NCBI GenBank assembly: GCA_964016885.1
Contig: OZ024742.1
Location: 211,172,001-211,236,000, forward strand
Length of the DNA: 64,000 nt
Source of the DNA: Eledone cirrhosa
Taxonomy: Eukaryota
Direction of reading: 5' to 3'
Part shown: piece after piece, positions 51,798 through 63,812 of the stretch
How positions within the stretch are numbered: position 1 is the first letter of the stretch
Layout: each line of letters opens with the position of its first letter
The notes under the pieces: model-generated
Databases searched by the model: none
What the model was told of the DNA's origin: nothing
What the model saw: only the letters and a program-made list of their open reading frames with translations
Translations under genes and position numbers: made by a program

Positions 51798-54348
51798 GAT
51801 GCAGGTACATTGACTATTTGCAACACAAACTTCCAGAAACCTGCCAATCACCTAATAACCTACAAATCTGGTGAGCACATAAGCCAAATTGACTTCTTAC
51901 TAGTTAGGCAGCGGGACAGGCATATAGTGTCTAATACCAAGGCATACCCTGGTGAAGAATGTACCCCACAGCATAGGTTAGTCGTTAGTGATATCTCAGT
52001 AAGCAAGAGATGTAATGAGACATACAGGAAGGTGTGGAGAAGAAAGGTCTGGAAGCTAAAAGACCTTTCACTAAAATACAAATTTAGGAAAGCCCTTCAA
52101 GATGTATATGACGAAAAAGAAGACGATTTAGAGACGTATGACATAGATAATAACTGGAATTTCTTACGTGACAACTTGCTGCAGGCTACTGATGAAACTT
52201 GTGGCTGGAGCAGAGCTCCAACCAGACAGAGAGTGACCTGGTGGTGGAACAGCACAGTAGATAAGGCTATTAGAGACAAAAGACTAGCATGGAAGGCTTG
52301 GGAAAAGGGTGGGAGTAGGGAAGAATATACAGCCACTAAGAGAGAAGCTAGACGTCAGGTGTACTTAGCACGCAGGGAGGCAGAGAGTAGGAGGTTTGCA
52401 AATGTTCTGCGACGGGAAGATCAGAGGCGTGCGGTGTTCCACATTGCAAGGCAGTGTGTCAATGCAAATCAGGATGTTGTTGGAGATAAATGTGTCCGGG
52501 ATGATGCCGGTGTACTTAGTGTCACGAATGATCAGAAAAAGGAGGCCTGGAAATGTCATTATGAGAGACTGATGAATGTGGAGAGCAAATGGGAGAGAGA
52601 GAAATTACCCTTGGTAGATCCGACAGAGGGACCAGCTATTGAGATTAACAAATATAGGGTCCAAGAGGCGATTAGGGAAATGAAAAATGGTAAGGCTGCC
52701 GGACCATCGGGAATAGTGGCTGAGATGCTGAAGGCATCAGGGGACGTAGGCACTAAACTGGTTGCACGCATCATCAATCAGGCTATATATGGTGGTGTCA
52801 TACCCAAAGACTGGTGCAGCAGTATTCTCATAAATTGCTACAAAGGTAAAGGGGATGCTCTGGAGAGGAGCAATTATAGGGGTATAAAACTGATAGATCA
52901 GGTTATGAAAGTGGCAGAAAAGATTTTAGCACAACTAATTAGAGAAAGAGTCAAACTAGATGAGATGCAGTTTGGTTTTGTGCCTGGGAAGAGTACAACA
53001 GATGCCCTCTTCTTGGTGAGACAATTGCAAGAGAGGTTCTTAGAGAAGAATAAGCCACTATACTTAGCCTTTGTTGACCTAGAGAAGGCCTTTGATAGGG
53101 TACCCCGATCTGTCATCTGGTGGTCCCTAAGGAAACTAGGTGTTGAGGAATGGCTTGTGAATGGCTTGTGAGGACAGTGTAAACTTTGTACAGAGGTACT
53201 CTCAGTAAAGTCAGAGTAGGAATGGAGTTTAGTGAGGAATTTCAGATACAAGTAGGAGTACATCAAGGTTTGGTCCTCAGCCCGCTCTTGTTCATTATAG
53301 TCCTCTAAGCCATAACAGAGGAGTTTAAGACTGGCTGTCCATGGGAACTTCTCTATGCTGATGATCTGGTTCTTATAGCAGAATCAGTAGAGGAGCTAGA
53401 GAATAAATTCTGGCTATGGAAACAGCAGTTGGAAGCAAGAGGACTGAGAGTGAACCTAGCTAAAACAAAAGTGTTGATGAATAGAAAAGAGGACAAAACC
53501 TTGATTCCGTCAGGGAAATGGCCATGTTCGATATGCAGAAAAGGAACTGGCATAAATTCTATAAAATGCACACAATGCAGATCCTGGGTACACAAGAGAT
53601 GTAGCGGGATAGCAGGCAAACTAACAGGTAGGGAGAAATATGTATGCAGTAGATGTACAGGGAAATTAGACAGTAGAAGTCGCATTGATAGACACATTTT
53701 TCAAATGCAGGAGGGCGCTATAGAAGTGGTGGATAGCTTCCGGTACCTAGGAGATCAGATTAGCATGGGAGGAGGGTGTTCCGAGGCCATAGCATCTAGA
53801 ATAAGGACGGGTTGGAAGAAGTTTAGGGAGCTGCTTCCTCTGTTGACGAAGAAGGGTTTCTCCCTGCGTACGAAAGGCCGGTTGTATGATGCCTGTGTGA
53901 GGAGTGCGATGCTGCATGGTAGTGAGAAATGGGCAGCAACTGCAGAGGATATGCGACGGCTGGAGAGAAATGAGGCAAACATGCTCCGTTGGATGTGCAG
54001 TGTAAATGTGCATGAACGACCCAGCATAAATGCGTTGAGAGAGAAACTGTGTCTGAGAGGGATAGAATGTAGTGTACGGGAGAGGAGACTGAGGTGGTCT
54101 GGACATGTGATGCGCATGGAGGATGACCGATGGGTGAAGAAGTGCTAGGAAATGCCAGTTGAAGGAAGACGTGGTAGAGGTAGACCACGAAAAACATGGG
54201 CGGAGGTGGTGAGAACAGACCTCAGATCATTGAAGCTCACGGTGGAGATGACGAAGGACCGTGACGAGTGGAGAGATGCTGTGCTGAATAAGACCCGTCC
54301 CACCCTTGCAAGCAGGGAAAAGCGGACGTATGATGATGATGATGATGA
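51798..54348 (+). mobile_element. 5'-truncated RTE LINE, disabled by an 11-bp duplication (53149-53170) and stops
   Basis: APE end (CNTNF, SQIDF, QHRLV), RT (QFGF, DLEKAFD, YADD at 53354-53365), C4HC3 finger, GRPRKTW and (GAT)n tail. Confidence 0.95.
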
Positions 54349-54610
54349 TATATATATATAAATATATATGATATATATATATATGATAAATATATATATA
54401 TACATATATATGATATATATATATACATATATATGATATATATATATATATATATATGATATATATACATATATATATATATGATATATTATATATATAT
54501 ATATACATATATATGATATATATATATATATATATATGATATATATATATATATATATGATATATATATATATGATATATATATATATATGATATATATA
54601 TATATATATA

Positions 54611-54661
<51 letters not shown>

Positions 54662-54747
54662 ATATATACATATATATGATATATATATATATATATACAT
54701 ATATATGATATATATATATATATATATACATATATATGATATATATA
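54349..54747. repeat. Compound (TA)n / TATATGA microsatellite; similar tracts at 36750-36830, 38879-38950, 47123-47256, 55103-55250, 56359-56480, 60062-60121
   Basis: Directly visible. Confidence 0.95.
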
Positions 54748-55070
54748 TGGAGGCACATGGCTCAGTGGTTAGAGCATTGGCCTTGCAATCGAAAGGTTGT
54801 GAATTCAATTCTCAGACCGGGTGATGTGTTGTTTCCTTGAGCAAGACACTTTATTTCATATTGCTCCAGTTTACTCAGCTGTAGAAATGAGATGATAGGG
54901 ACTGGGGTCCATATCATTCCACTGCAAAGTGGTCGTGGAGGCACCACGGCAAAAAAGCACCCAGCACTCACTGTAAATGAGGTTGGTGTTAGGAAGGGCA
55001 TCCAGCTGTAGAAATCAAGCCAGTATCAGTTCCCGTCCCACCCTTGCAAGCAGGGAAAAGCGGACATAAA

Positions 55071-55102
<32 letters not shown>
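54748..55102 (+). mobile_element. Full-length CORE-type tRNA SINE with RTE-derived tail; older degenerate copy at about 8832-9205
   Basis: A-box TGGCTCAGTGG and B-box GAATTCAATTC. CCTTGAGCAAGACACTT..CAGTTTACTCAGCTGTAGAAATG resembles the MIR CORE domain. Its 3' end CCCGTCCCACCCTTGCAAGCAGGGAAAAGCGGAC is identical to the RTE end at 54294-54327. Confidence 0.88.
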
Positions 55103-55132
<30 letters not shown>

Positions 55133-55250
55133 GATATATATATATATATATATGATATATATATATATGATATATATATATACATATATATATATATATG
55201 ATATATTATATATATATATATATATGATATATTATATATATGATATATTA

Positions 55251-56358
55251 TCTATATATATAAAACTGAGGTTGTCTGTCTGTCTATCGATTTTTGGCAC
55301 ACATCTCCTCTTAGAATCTCTCACGGAATTGCTATACTTGTACATTGAGCCCTAGCGAAGACATCGGAAAAAAAATATTTCAAATTGACCCGCCCTATCT
55401 GACGAAATCGAATATAATGTATCGATTTTTGAGCGTAAGTGATCAGTTATTTCCCTTTGTTCTGTTTACATTCAGCGTAGCGTCTTACGTTCTCTTTACA
55501 TTTTCTGCGTGCAAAAATTAAAAAAATTACGCTGGCAAAAATTAAAAAAATTACGCTGGCTTTCTCAGCGTTTAAAATGACATTAACACAATACACGAAC
55601 AGTTGTCGAGCCAGCAAAATTTTGACCTGCAAAATTCATCAGTTCGAACACTAAGCTTCCGTTTTGCTTCATTTCCATTTAAAAGCCTTTTAAAACAATA
55701 TTTTTACTTGAAAACAAGTCTATTTAAAGACTACGTAAAACAAGCAAATATTTCGTAAAAAAAAGCAAAAATTATATAAGTTTATTTAAAATATATGTAT
55801 CTGTAAATTTCGTTAGGCGTGCAGACAGACAGTCGTGCAGAGAGATGATATAGGCGTGCAGACAGACAGTCGTGCAGAGAGGTGATATAGGCGTGCAGAC
55901 AGACAGTCGTGCAGAGAGGTGATATAGGGGTGCAGACAGACAGTCGTGCAGAGAGTTGATATAGGCGTGCAGACAGACAGTCGTGCAGAGAGGTGATATA
56001 GGCGTGCAGACAGACAGTCGTGCAGAGAGGTGATATAGGCGTGCAGACAGACATAACTGATAATTTGGTTACGCTAATGTTTTTCTCTGCGTTGCAGTGT
56101 TTACATTTTCGATCTTTGTTAATAAATAACCAGTGCAGTTTTTATCCCCAGCATCCTCTTTTGTTATAACATTCGGGTTATCGTTATGTTTTCTTAACTT
56201 CATAAGGCATATTGTTGGTTGAGGGAATATTAATCAAAAACACCACATGCAAGTCTGCACAGTAGACACTACAGTTTTTAAGCCAAAAAAGAAACTTAAC
56301 ATTGTAACTTTAACACAGCTACTGAGCGACCCCGAGCAACGCCGGGCTTTACTGCTAG
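55251..56358 (+). mobile_element. Non-autonomous Helitron with 6.5 copies of the 37-bp repeat
   Basis: A|TCTATATATATAAAAC...hairpin...CTAG|T. Paralogue of 48822-49719. Confidence 0.88.
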
Positions 56359-56425
56359 TATATATATATATATGTATATATATATATAATATATATATAT
56401 CATATATATATATCATATATATGTA

Positions 56426-56466
<41 letters not shown>

Positions 56467-56680
56467 ATATATATATATATAACAAAGGAAATGAACCATA
56501 ATGCACCAAAGTACTCAATACTTAGGGTAGTAGAGTGGGTAATAGGAACAAGTATGACCCCGACGGCAGAGCTCTAGCCGTTTCGACGGCTAATTCTGGA
56601 CTCAGAATTAGCCGTTGGGGTCATACTTGTTCCTATATATATATATATATTTATATATATACGATATATATATATATGAT

Positions 56681-56711
<31 letters not shown>

Positions 56712-56837
56712 GTAGGAGGTGAGTAATATTGTAGAACAATAAAACTATGCATATATCAGATAAGTAGCACTCAACAGTTGGTAGAACTGGAGTATATATT
56801 AAAGAAGAAGTTAAAAGCTGGTTAAAAAAGTTCCACA

Positions 56838-56907
56838 TATTTTATTATGCGCATTTCGAAAACAACATCATCCTGGGACAAAAATTGTGTTCTCATCAGA
56901 TAAAATA
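56838..56907 (-). ncRNA. Type I hammerhead ribozyme in the inverted pseudo-LTR
   Basis: On -: TATTTTAT-CTGATGA-stem II (GAACACAAT..GTTGTTTTC)-GAAA-TGCGCA-TA-ATAAAATA. 8-bp stem I and palindromic short stem III. Confidence 0.8.
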
Positions 56908-59900
56908 AGTTAACATGATATGAGGCCTAAAAACATTTGTGAACAAGAAAGTGTCCAGTTTACATGTGACAAAAATATAAGAGTAAGAGAAAAATAGGAA
57001 AAATGAAGAAAAGGAAAAAAGAAGGAAAAAGGAAAAATAAATAGAAGAGAGGAAAAAGAAAGAAAGAAGGAGAGAGAAAGAGAAAGAGAGAAAAAGAGAC
57101 TTTTGATCAGGAACACTGTCAAAATGAAAACAGCTGTAAATAAGTAAGCATAAATATAATAGCCTTACCCTTAAAGAACTAAGAAAAATTATCGTAAAAC
57201 CACCCACGATAATCTTGAGTCTATTAATTTCAAAGCATATGAGATTATAACCAAACTCAGTATTGAGAAAAAAACAGAACCCTTCTTCCCAAGAATTCAG
57301 AGGATTAATCTGAAGGATTACAAAACAAATTTTTGAACCTGTAAGACTAATTGCCCTTTCTAAATCTGACCTGGGGGTTGTTAGTAAATCCATCTTGGAT
57401 AGAATTATCCCACAGGTTAGCTCTAAATCTCAATTAAATTTATGGCCGGGTTCTTCTGATGTGATAGACTGGTTCAATGACCTGAATAATAAAAACAAAC
57501 TAAAATTTATTCAGTTAGACATTGCTAGCTATTACTCTTCTATTTCTCCTTCACTCCTTAACAAGGCTCTCTCATATGCGTCAAAATACTCGGACATCAC
57601 TACTGATGAATTGAACATCATTCTCACCGCAAGGAAAACCATCCTAGAATTTAACAATAAATATTGGACAAGAGCGGATACTTCCAACAATTTCGACATC
57701 ACAATGGGTTCGTCGGATTCAGCTCAATTGACCGACTTGGTTGGAATTTTCATCTTGAACTCTTTAAATTGGAAAATTCGTCAACTTCGCGGTGGAATAT
57801 ATCATGATGATGCACTTTTTACTGTCTTAAATTGTAACAAAGTAAACTTTAATATTATTAAGAAAAATATACTTGAACTATTTAAGCATCTTAACTTAAA
57901 AATAGAATTAGAGAATAGTGATAAATTAGCAAATTTCCTTGATATATCCCTTAATCTAGATACCGGCCTATATTACCCATACTATAAGGATAATAAGAAC
58001 ATAAATTATGTTAACTTTAAATCAAACCACCCTAATAATGTTAAAACTGCTATAGTCAGAAGTGTTGGAAAAAGAATTTCTAATTTATCCTCTAATAAAA
58101 TATCTTCGATGCTAACGCCAACTATTATAATAACGCATTATCTAGGGCTGGATATCCAGACAAAATTAGATACACTAAAGAAACTAATCTTGGCAAAACT
58201 TATAGTAATGTAGCTAGTAATAATCATACCAGTAAAAAGAGGAGACCTAGATATAAAAATATCCTTTGGTACAACGCTTCCTTCTCTCTTTCAGTTATTA
58301 ATATCCCTAAATTATTTTTTAGGGCTTTAAATAACAGCCCCCCCCCCCCTTTCACATATATATAGCAAGATTTTCAATAAGCATACCATTAAATTCTCAT
58401 ATTCCACTACTTCCAACATTTCTAAAATTAACTCAAGACATAATTCTAAAATAGTAAATAATAACTCATATGCATCCAACCTTGAGTCATAATAATAACA
58501 CTATAAGGCCCGACGTCAATGTAAACTCTAGGCAAAATAACATAAATATAAATACGACGTCAAACGTAACTTTGTGGAACGCTTCAAATAGTAATTGAAA
58601 TCAGGAAACCTTAGCACCTCCTTTAGCTAATTCCACCACTCCAGTTCCTAATATAATTAACCCTGGGCCACTTGCAAATAACTCTGTTAATAATCTTAAT
58701 CATAAATGCAACTGCCCTATTAGAACTAATTGTCCTCTTAGTAATTTCTGTCTCGATAAAAACCTAATATACAAATGTAAAGTGGTAATTAGTACCAATA
58801 CCTATACCTATATTGGCTCTACTTCTACCTCTTTTAAAGCAAGACTCTATAATCATTCTTCTACATTTAAATATCCACTTAAAAGGACCAGCACCGCACT
58901 CTCAGAACTTATTTAGTCCTTAAGAAACAAAAACATTAATTACGAAATTTCTTGGCGTAAAATTTGCAACACTTCTCCATACTCCAATGCTTCCATATCT
59001 AGGGTTTGTAATTTATGTCTAGCTGAAAAATTGACCATTATCTCGAATTTCAACTCTTTAATAAATAGACGTACAGATTTATTTGCTCTTTGTAATCATA
59101 AATCTTTCAAGACCTTTCACAAAGTATATAGCTAATGTCCTATAACATATTCCACGAATAACGGTTAATTCTTTACACATTTTTTTACACATATTTTTTT
59201 TTCACACATATTTCATTATATTCTACAATGTATTAATTCAGTTTTCTCGGCATATTTTAAGCCTTTCACCTTTTTTCTCTATAGACTTAAATTTTCATTC
59301 AAACCTTCGTAGATTTTGTAAACAAACTATGACGTCTTATGTTTTTCTACGTTTATAAATCATTCTAGCAATTTCCTTTATTTACTTGTTGATATAAAAT
59401 AATAATTAAATAGTATACTCCACATATATTGATTTTTAATAGTAATTTTTAATATTGACATAGATAGACTATTCTTATTTTTATTTTTTTTATTCTATTC
59501 TATCTTATTTTATTTTATTTTATTTTAAAAACCTTTTTTTTAAAACCTTTTTTGATAATTATTTTAATTTTATTTTATTTTATTTTATTTTATTAATACA
59601 TTTTTACACTTCTTAATCTAATTTTTAGTATTTAAACCCAATATAAAATATTATACCCAGTTTCTATATTCTAGACTTCTAATATTTGAATACCATCTGT
59701 AATATTCGCACACACACCTCATCAATTTATTTTTTAGCCGTTATTTACAGCTGTTTTCATTTTGACAGCGTTCCTGATCAAAAGTCTCTCTCTTCTCGTT
59801 CTCTCTCCTCCTTCTTTCTTTCTTTTTCTTCTCTTCTATTTCTTTTTCCTTTTTCCTTTTTTCCTTTTCTTAATTTTTCCTATTTTTCTCTTACTCTTAT

Positions 59901-59969
59901 ATTTTTGTCATATGTAGACTGGACACTTTCTTGTTCACAAGTATTTTTAGGCTTCATATCATGTTACCT

Positions 59970-60039
59970 TATTTTATCTGATGAGAACACAATTTTTGTC
60001 CCAGGATGATGTTGTTTTCGAAAAGCGCATAATAAAATA
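59970..60039 (+). ncRNA. Type I hammerhead ribozyme in the 3' pseudo-LTR (one stem III mismatch)
   Basis: CTGATGA 59978-59984, GAAA 60020-60023, AGCGCA, TA at 60030-60031, stem I TATTTTAT/ATAAAATA. Confidence 0.75.
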
Positions 60040-60062
60040 TATGGAACATTTTTAACCATCTT

Positions 60063-60121
<59 letters not shown>

Positions 60122-60127
<6 letters not shown>

Positions 60128-60711
60128 GAAAAAGTGGAGAATAACATGATCAACAGTACAAAAAAGGGGATTTATTTACAGTCTAACAATTCTTTCACTG
60201 ATAAAAGATGTCTAAAAATTGCTGAACACTAGAAGCAGTGCTACTCAATTTTAAATACGATGTTAGCTCGATAAGATCTTCGGAAACTATTATAAAAAAT
60301 ACAAAATATATATAACCGGCAAATTTACAAATTCAAATTACATCATCAATAATAATATTAATCATAAAGATAGAGAGAGAAAAGAAGGAAGAGAAGGAAA
60401 TAGATACAGTAAAGAAAGGAAAGAAGAAGAAGAAGAAGAAGAAGAAGAAGAAGAAGAAGAAGAAGAAGAAGAAGAAGAAGAAGAAGAAGAAGAAGAAGAA
60501 GAAGAAATGATTACAAAGAAAAATATGAAGAGAAGATAATATATGGAAATGATGGTAGACAGAGGAGAGACAGGCATAAGGAGAACTAACGTAGGATAGA
60601 AAGAAAAATTGAGGGAAAAGTAATGATATCCGCAATAAATGAATAAAGTTAATACATGAATAAATGTAAATAAAAATAAAAATAAATAGATAAAAAATAG
60701 ATAAAAATAGA

Positions 60712-60758
<47 letters not shown>

Positions 60759-62370
60759 ATTACATCTAATGTGATATAAAATGGTATAAAATGTGAAAAA
60801 TGAAAAATGAAAATAAATACGTAATAGAAGTAAAATTGTGCGAAGAATATTTAAACATTAAATTATTGAGAGTGGTGTTTGAGAATTGTTAAAATATAAG
60901 GAGAGATATGAAGGTAAAAATATGATAATGTTAAATATATTTATGTGTGTATTGGTTATTTTAATAAATAAATTAATTAATTAGTTTTAAGTTATATTAT
61001 ATGATAAAATAAATGTCAGAGATTAAATAAATTTAGGGAGAGAAATATAAAGATAGAGAATGAAAGATAGAGATATATAAAATAAGAATGTAAATATAAG
61101 AGATTTTGATGTTGTTCTTTGATAGATGATGACAATTATAATTATAATCATAATCATAATGATGATGATGCTGATAATGTGATATTATAATAGATCTAAG
61201 TGGTACAATTTGGGTTATGGAATAGATAAGATGGAATTAAGCTGGTCTAAAGTTTCATATTACAGAGACTGTAGTGGGACATACCAATTTGATAGGCCGT
61301 TGCTTTTAATAGCTTCATCCAGCTGATATTATATTCCATGTTTGCATCCTTGAGTTGCCAGATTTTATTGGCGAGAGTCGTTGTATTTAAGAGATTTCTG
61401 TTAATCATAGAGTGTCTATGTACGTACCATCTTTTCTTAAACTCTCCAGCTGTGGAACCAATGTAATGCCATGTTAAGCTACCTGAATTTATAGTACATA
61501 GGTATATTATATTTGTCTCTAGGCATCTATTTTGTAAAGGGCATTTGTCAGGTAGATGGCAGTTACATTCAGATGCTTGTCTATGTGCCGGTTCTTCGAT
61601 ATGGTTTTGTAGGTTGCTATGTATGGGCTGAGAATTGGGTTTGTTGATGTATTGTGGTGATGTGTTCTGACGTGTGTTTGGTTGTGATGATGTTATATGC
61701 TTATGTTTTGTATTTGGTGTTATGGTACTTATTTGCGGGCCACTTGTATTATAAATTCTTTTATAGTTAATTTTATGTATGTGCAATTCTATGTTGTTTG
61801 CAGTGGAGTATGATAGTTTGATAGTTTTTCTATTAAAGATTTTATGATATTTATGAATTTTAGGGAAGTGTTTGTCAACCAATTTGAAGAAAGTGTAAGG
61901 TAGTTTTGTTTTTATAGAGGAGTTACATATTGGATTGAACCATAAGTAGTTTCTATTTTTGCATCTTCTATAGTTATTAGTGGTCTTTATATTAGTATTC
62001 TGTTCATTTAATTTACGTGCTTGTTGCCAATTTCTATGTTTAGTCCTAGATTTGTTGTTTCTATAGGTGTGGGTAGTGCTATTAATATTAAGTGTGTTGT
62101 TATATTTTGTATCTGGTATGTATTTGAGTCTCTCTTTATGGCCTGCCGTAAGTAAAGCTATGTTGTCGTAGTTAGCGTGTTCATTAAAAATCTCTAGGTT
62201 AGAAGATAGGCGCGAGATTCTAAGGGATATACTATGTGCTATGGAGTTAATTATGGATCGAGGGTGATTAGAGTTATAATCAGTGTAAGGTAAATTTTCA
62301 TTATTTTTATGGAAGGGTTCTATTAGTCCTGAGTTAAGGTTGAGCGATACAGCTAAGAAGTTAGCTTTTT
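60122..62370 (-). mobile_element. Second Penelope-like element, 3' part, tail-to-tail with the first
   Basis: RT thumb (NFLAVSLNL..SNHP..RISRLSS) and ORF 61247-61882 (KIFNRKTIKLSYS, CNC..CPL..CL, IYLC..YIGST GIY-YIG). Confidence 0.85.
60421..60507 (+). repeat. (GAA)n trinucleotide tract of about 29 units; (TAAA)n at about 60711-60760
   Basis: Directly visible. Confidence 0.95.
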
Positions 62371-62371
62371 A

Positions 62372-62413
<42 letters not shown>

Positions 62414-62567
62414 ATATATCTCATGAAATAATACAGCTAATTTTCCACACAATACAATTAGTTAGCACCACAAACGTTTAATTAGGAATATACTCACTTA
62501 TTTCCTAATGTTTGTTGAGTGAGTTGGGATTTGGCCGGAGTATCGCTATTAGCTTTCTCCGATAATG

Positions 62568-62598
<31 letters not shown>

Positions 62599-62599
<1 letters not shown>

Positions 62600-63812
62600 A
62601 GACTAAAGTTCTAGTTTGTAGGAAAGAAAACAAGGCGGCGGTCCCTTCTGGGAAATGGTCGTGCTCGGTGTGTAGGAAAGGCGTAGGTAGAAACTCCATT
62701 TTATGTCCTAAATGCAAAGTATGGGTGCATAAAAGATGTAGTGGGATCACAGGTAAGCTAACTAAGAACATAGATTTTACATGTGGCCGGTGTTCTGGTG
62801 CAATAAGTAGCAGCAAGTGCCCACAAAATACTAGCTCTTTCAATTGCGCAGAGGGTTCTATAGAAATAGTGGACAGCTTCCGTTACCTGGGCGATAAAAT
62901 CAGCAGTGGGGGAGGGTGCTCTGAAAGTACAGTAGCTAGAGTCAGAACTGGTTGGAAAAAGTTCAGAGAGCTTATACCACTATTAGCTGCTAAAGGGTTC
63001 TCCCTAAAAATGAAAGGCAGGTTGTACGATGCCTGCATACGAACAGCAATGTTGCATGGCAGTGAGACCTGGGCATTGTGTGCAGAGGATATACGCAGAC
63101 TAGAGAGGAACGAAGCTTGCATGCTCCGCTGGATGTGTAACAGTAATATACGTGAACGGCAAAGCATAAACGAACTAAGGAAAAAATTAGAAATAAGAGG
63201 GATCAGATGTTGTTTACTCGAGAGAAGGCTACGTTGGTATGGACACGTGATGCGCATGAAAGTCGATAGCTGTATAACAAAGTGCAGGGCAATAAAGATA
63301 GACGGTAGCCACGGAATAGGCAGACCTAGAAAAACCTGGGAGGAGCTGATAAACTCCGACCTCACACACTTACACCTCTCCAAGACAATGTCACTGGACC
63401 GAGACCTTTGGCGGTACTCAGTAACAGAGAAGACCCACCTTGCCAGTAGGCATCTCTAACAAAATACACCCCGTCCCACCACCCCCACCCCATCCACACC
63501 ACCCCGTTCTATGTAAAGTTATGTTGGTGCCGCGCCATCCAGGCCGAAACAAATGAGATCGTGTAGGTGTCACGACAAAAAAACACACAGTCCACGCTGT
63601 AATGTGGCCGTGTAGGCAACACGGTAAAAACCTCCCAGTCCCACACTGTAAATGTGGTTGGTGTTAGGAAGGGCATCCAACTGTAGAAAACCTGCCAGAC
63701 AGTCCTATGCGAGCAAGACAATCACTCTTGCCTCAAGTGGGACTACCCCCGTCCAAACCCATGCAAGCGTGGAACACGGACGTTAAACGTTGATGATGAT
63801 GATGATGATGAT
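62599..63812 (+). mobile_element. RTE LINE 3' end with uninterrupted ORF (62668-63459) and ~350-nt 3' UTR
   Basis: C4HC3 finger, YLGD, WYGHVMRM, GRPRKTW, stop at 63459, (GAT)n tail. Confidence 0.92.

Larger units (their letters stand above)
56819..60058 (+). mobile_element. Penelope-like element (Neptune-like), 5'-truncated, bracketed by ~320-bp inverted pseudo-LTRs (56819-57143 / 59741-60058)
   Basis: RT ORF 57395-58213 (LDIASYYSSI, ITMGS, GIYHDD, NFLDISL). GIY-YIG region at about 58700-59135 (CNC..CPL..C, IYKC..YIGST, CNLCLAEK). The two flanks are reverse complements. Confidence 0.9.

Noticed and set aside
54748-54825. Possible tRNA gene
   Set aside because: A and B boxes belong to a SINE head. 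No complete cloverleaf, and it continues into CORE and LINE-tail sequence.
54145-55355. Ile/Tyr-rich and poly-Met/Asp ORFs
   Set aside because: Translations of (TA)n and (GAT)n microsatellites.
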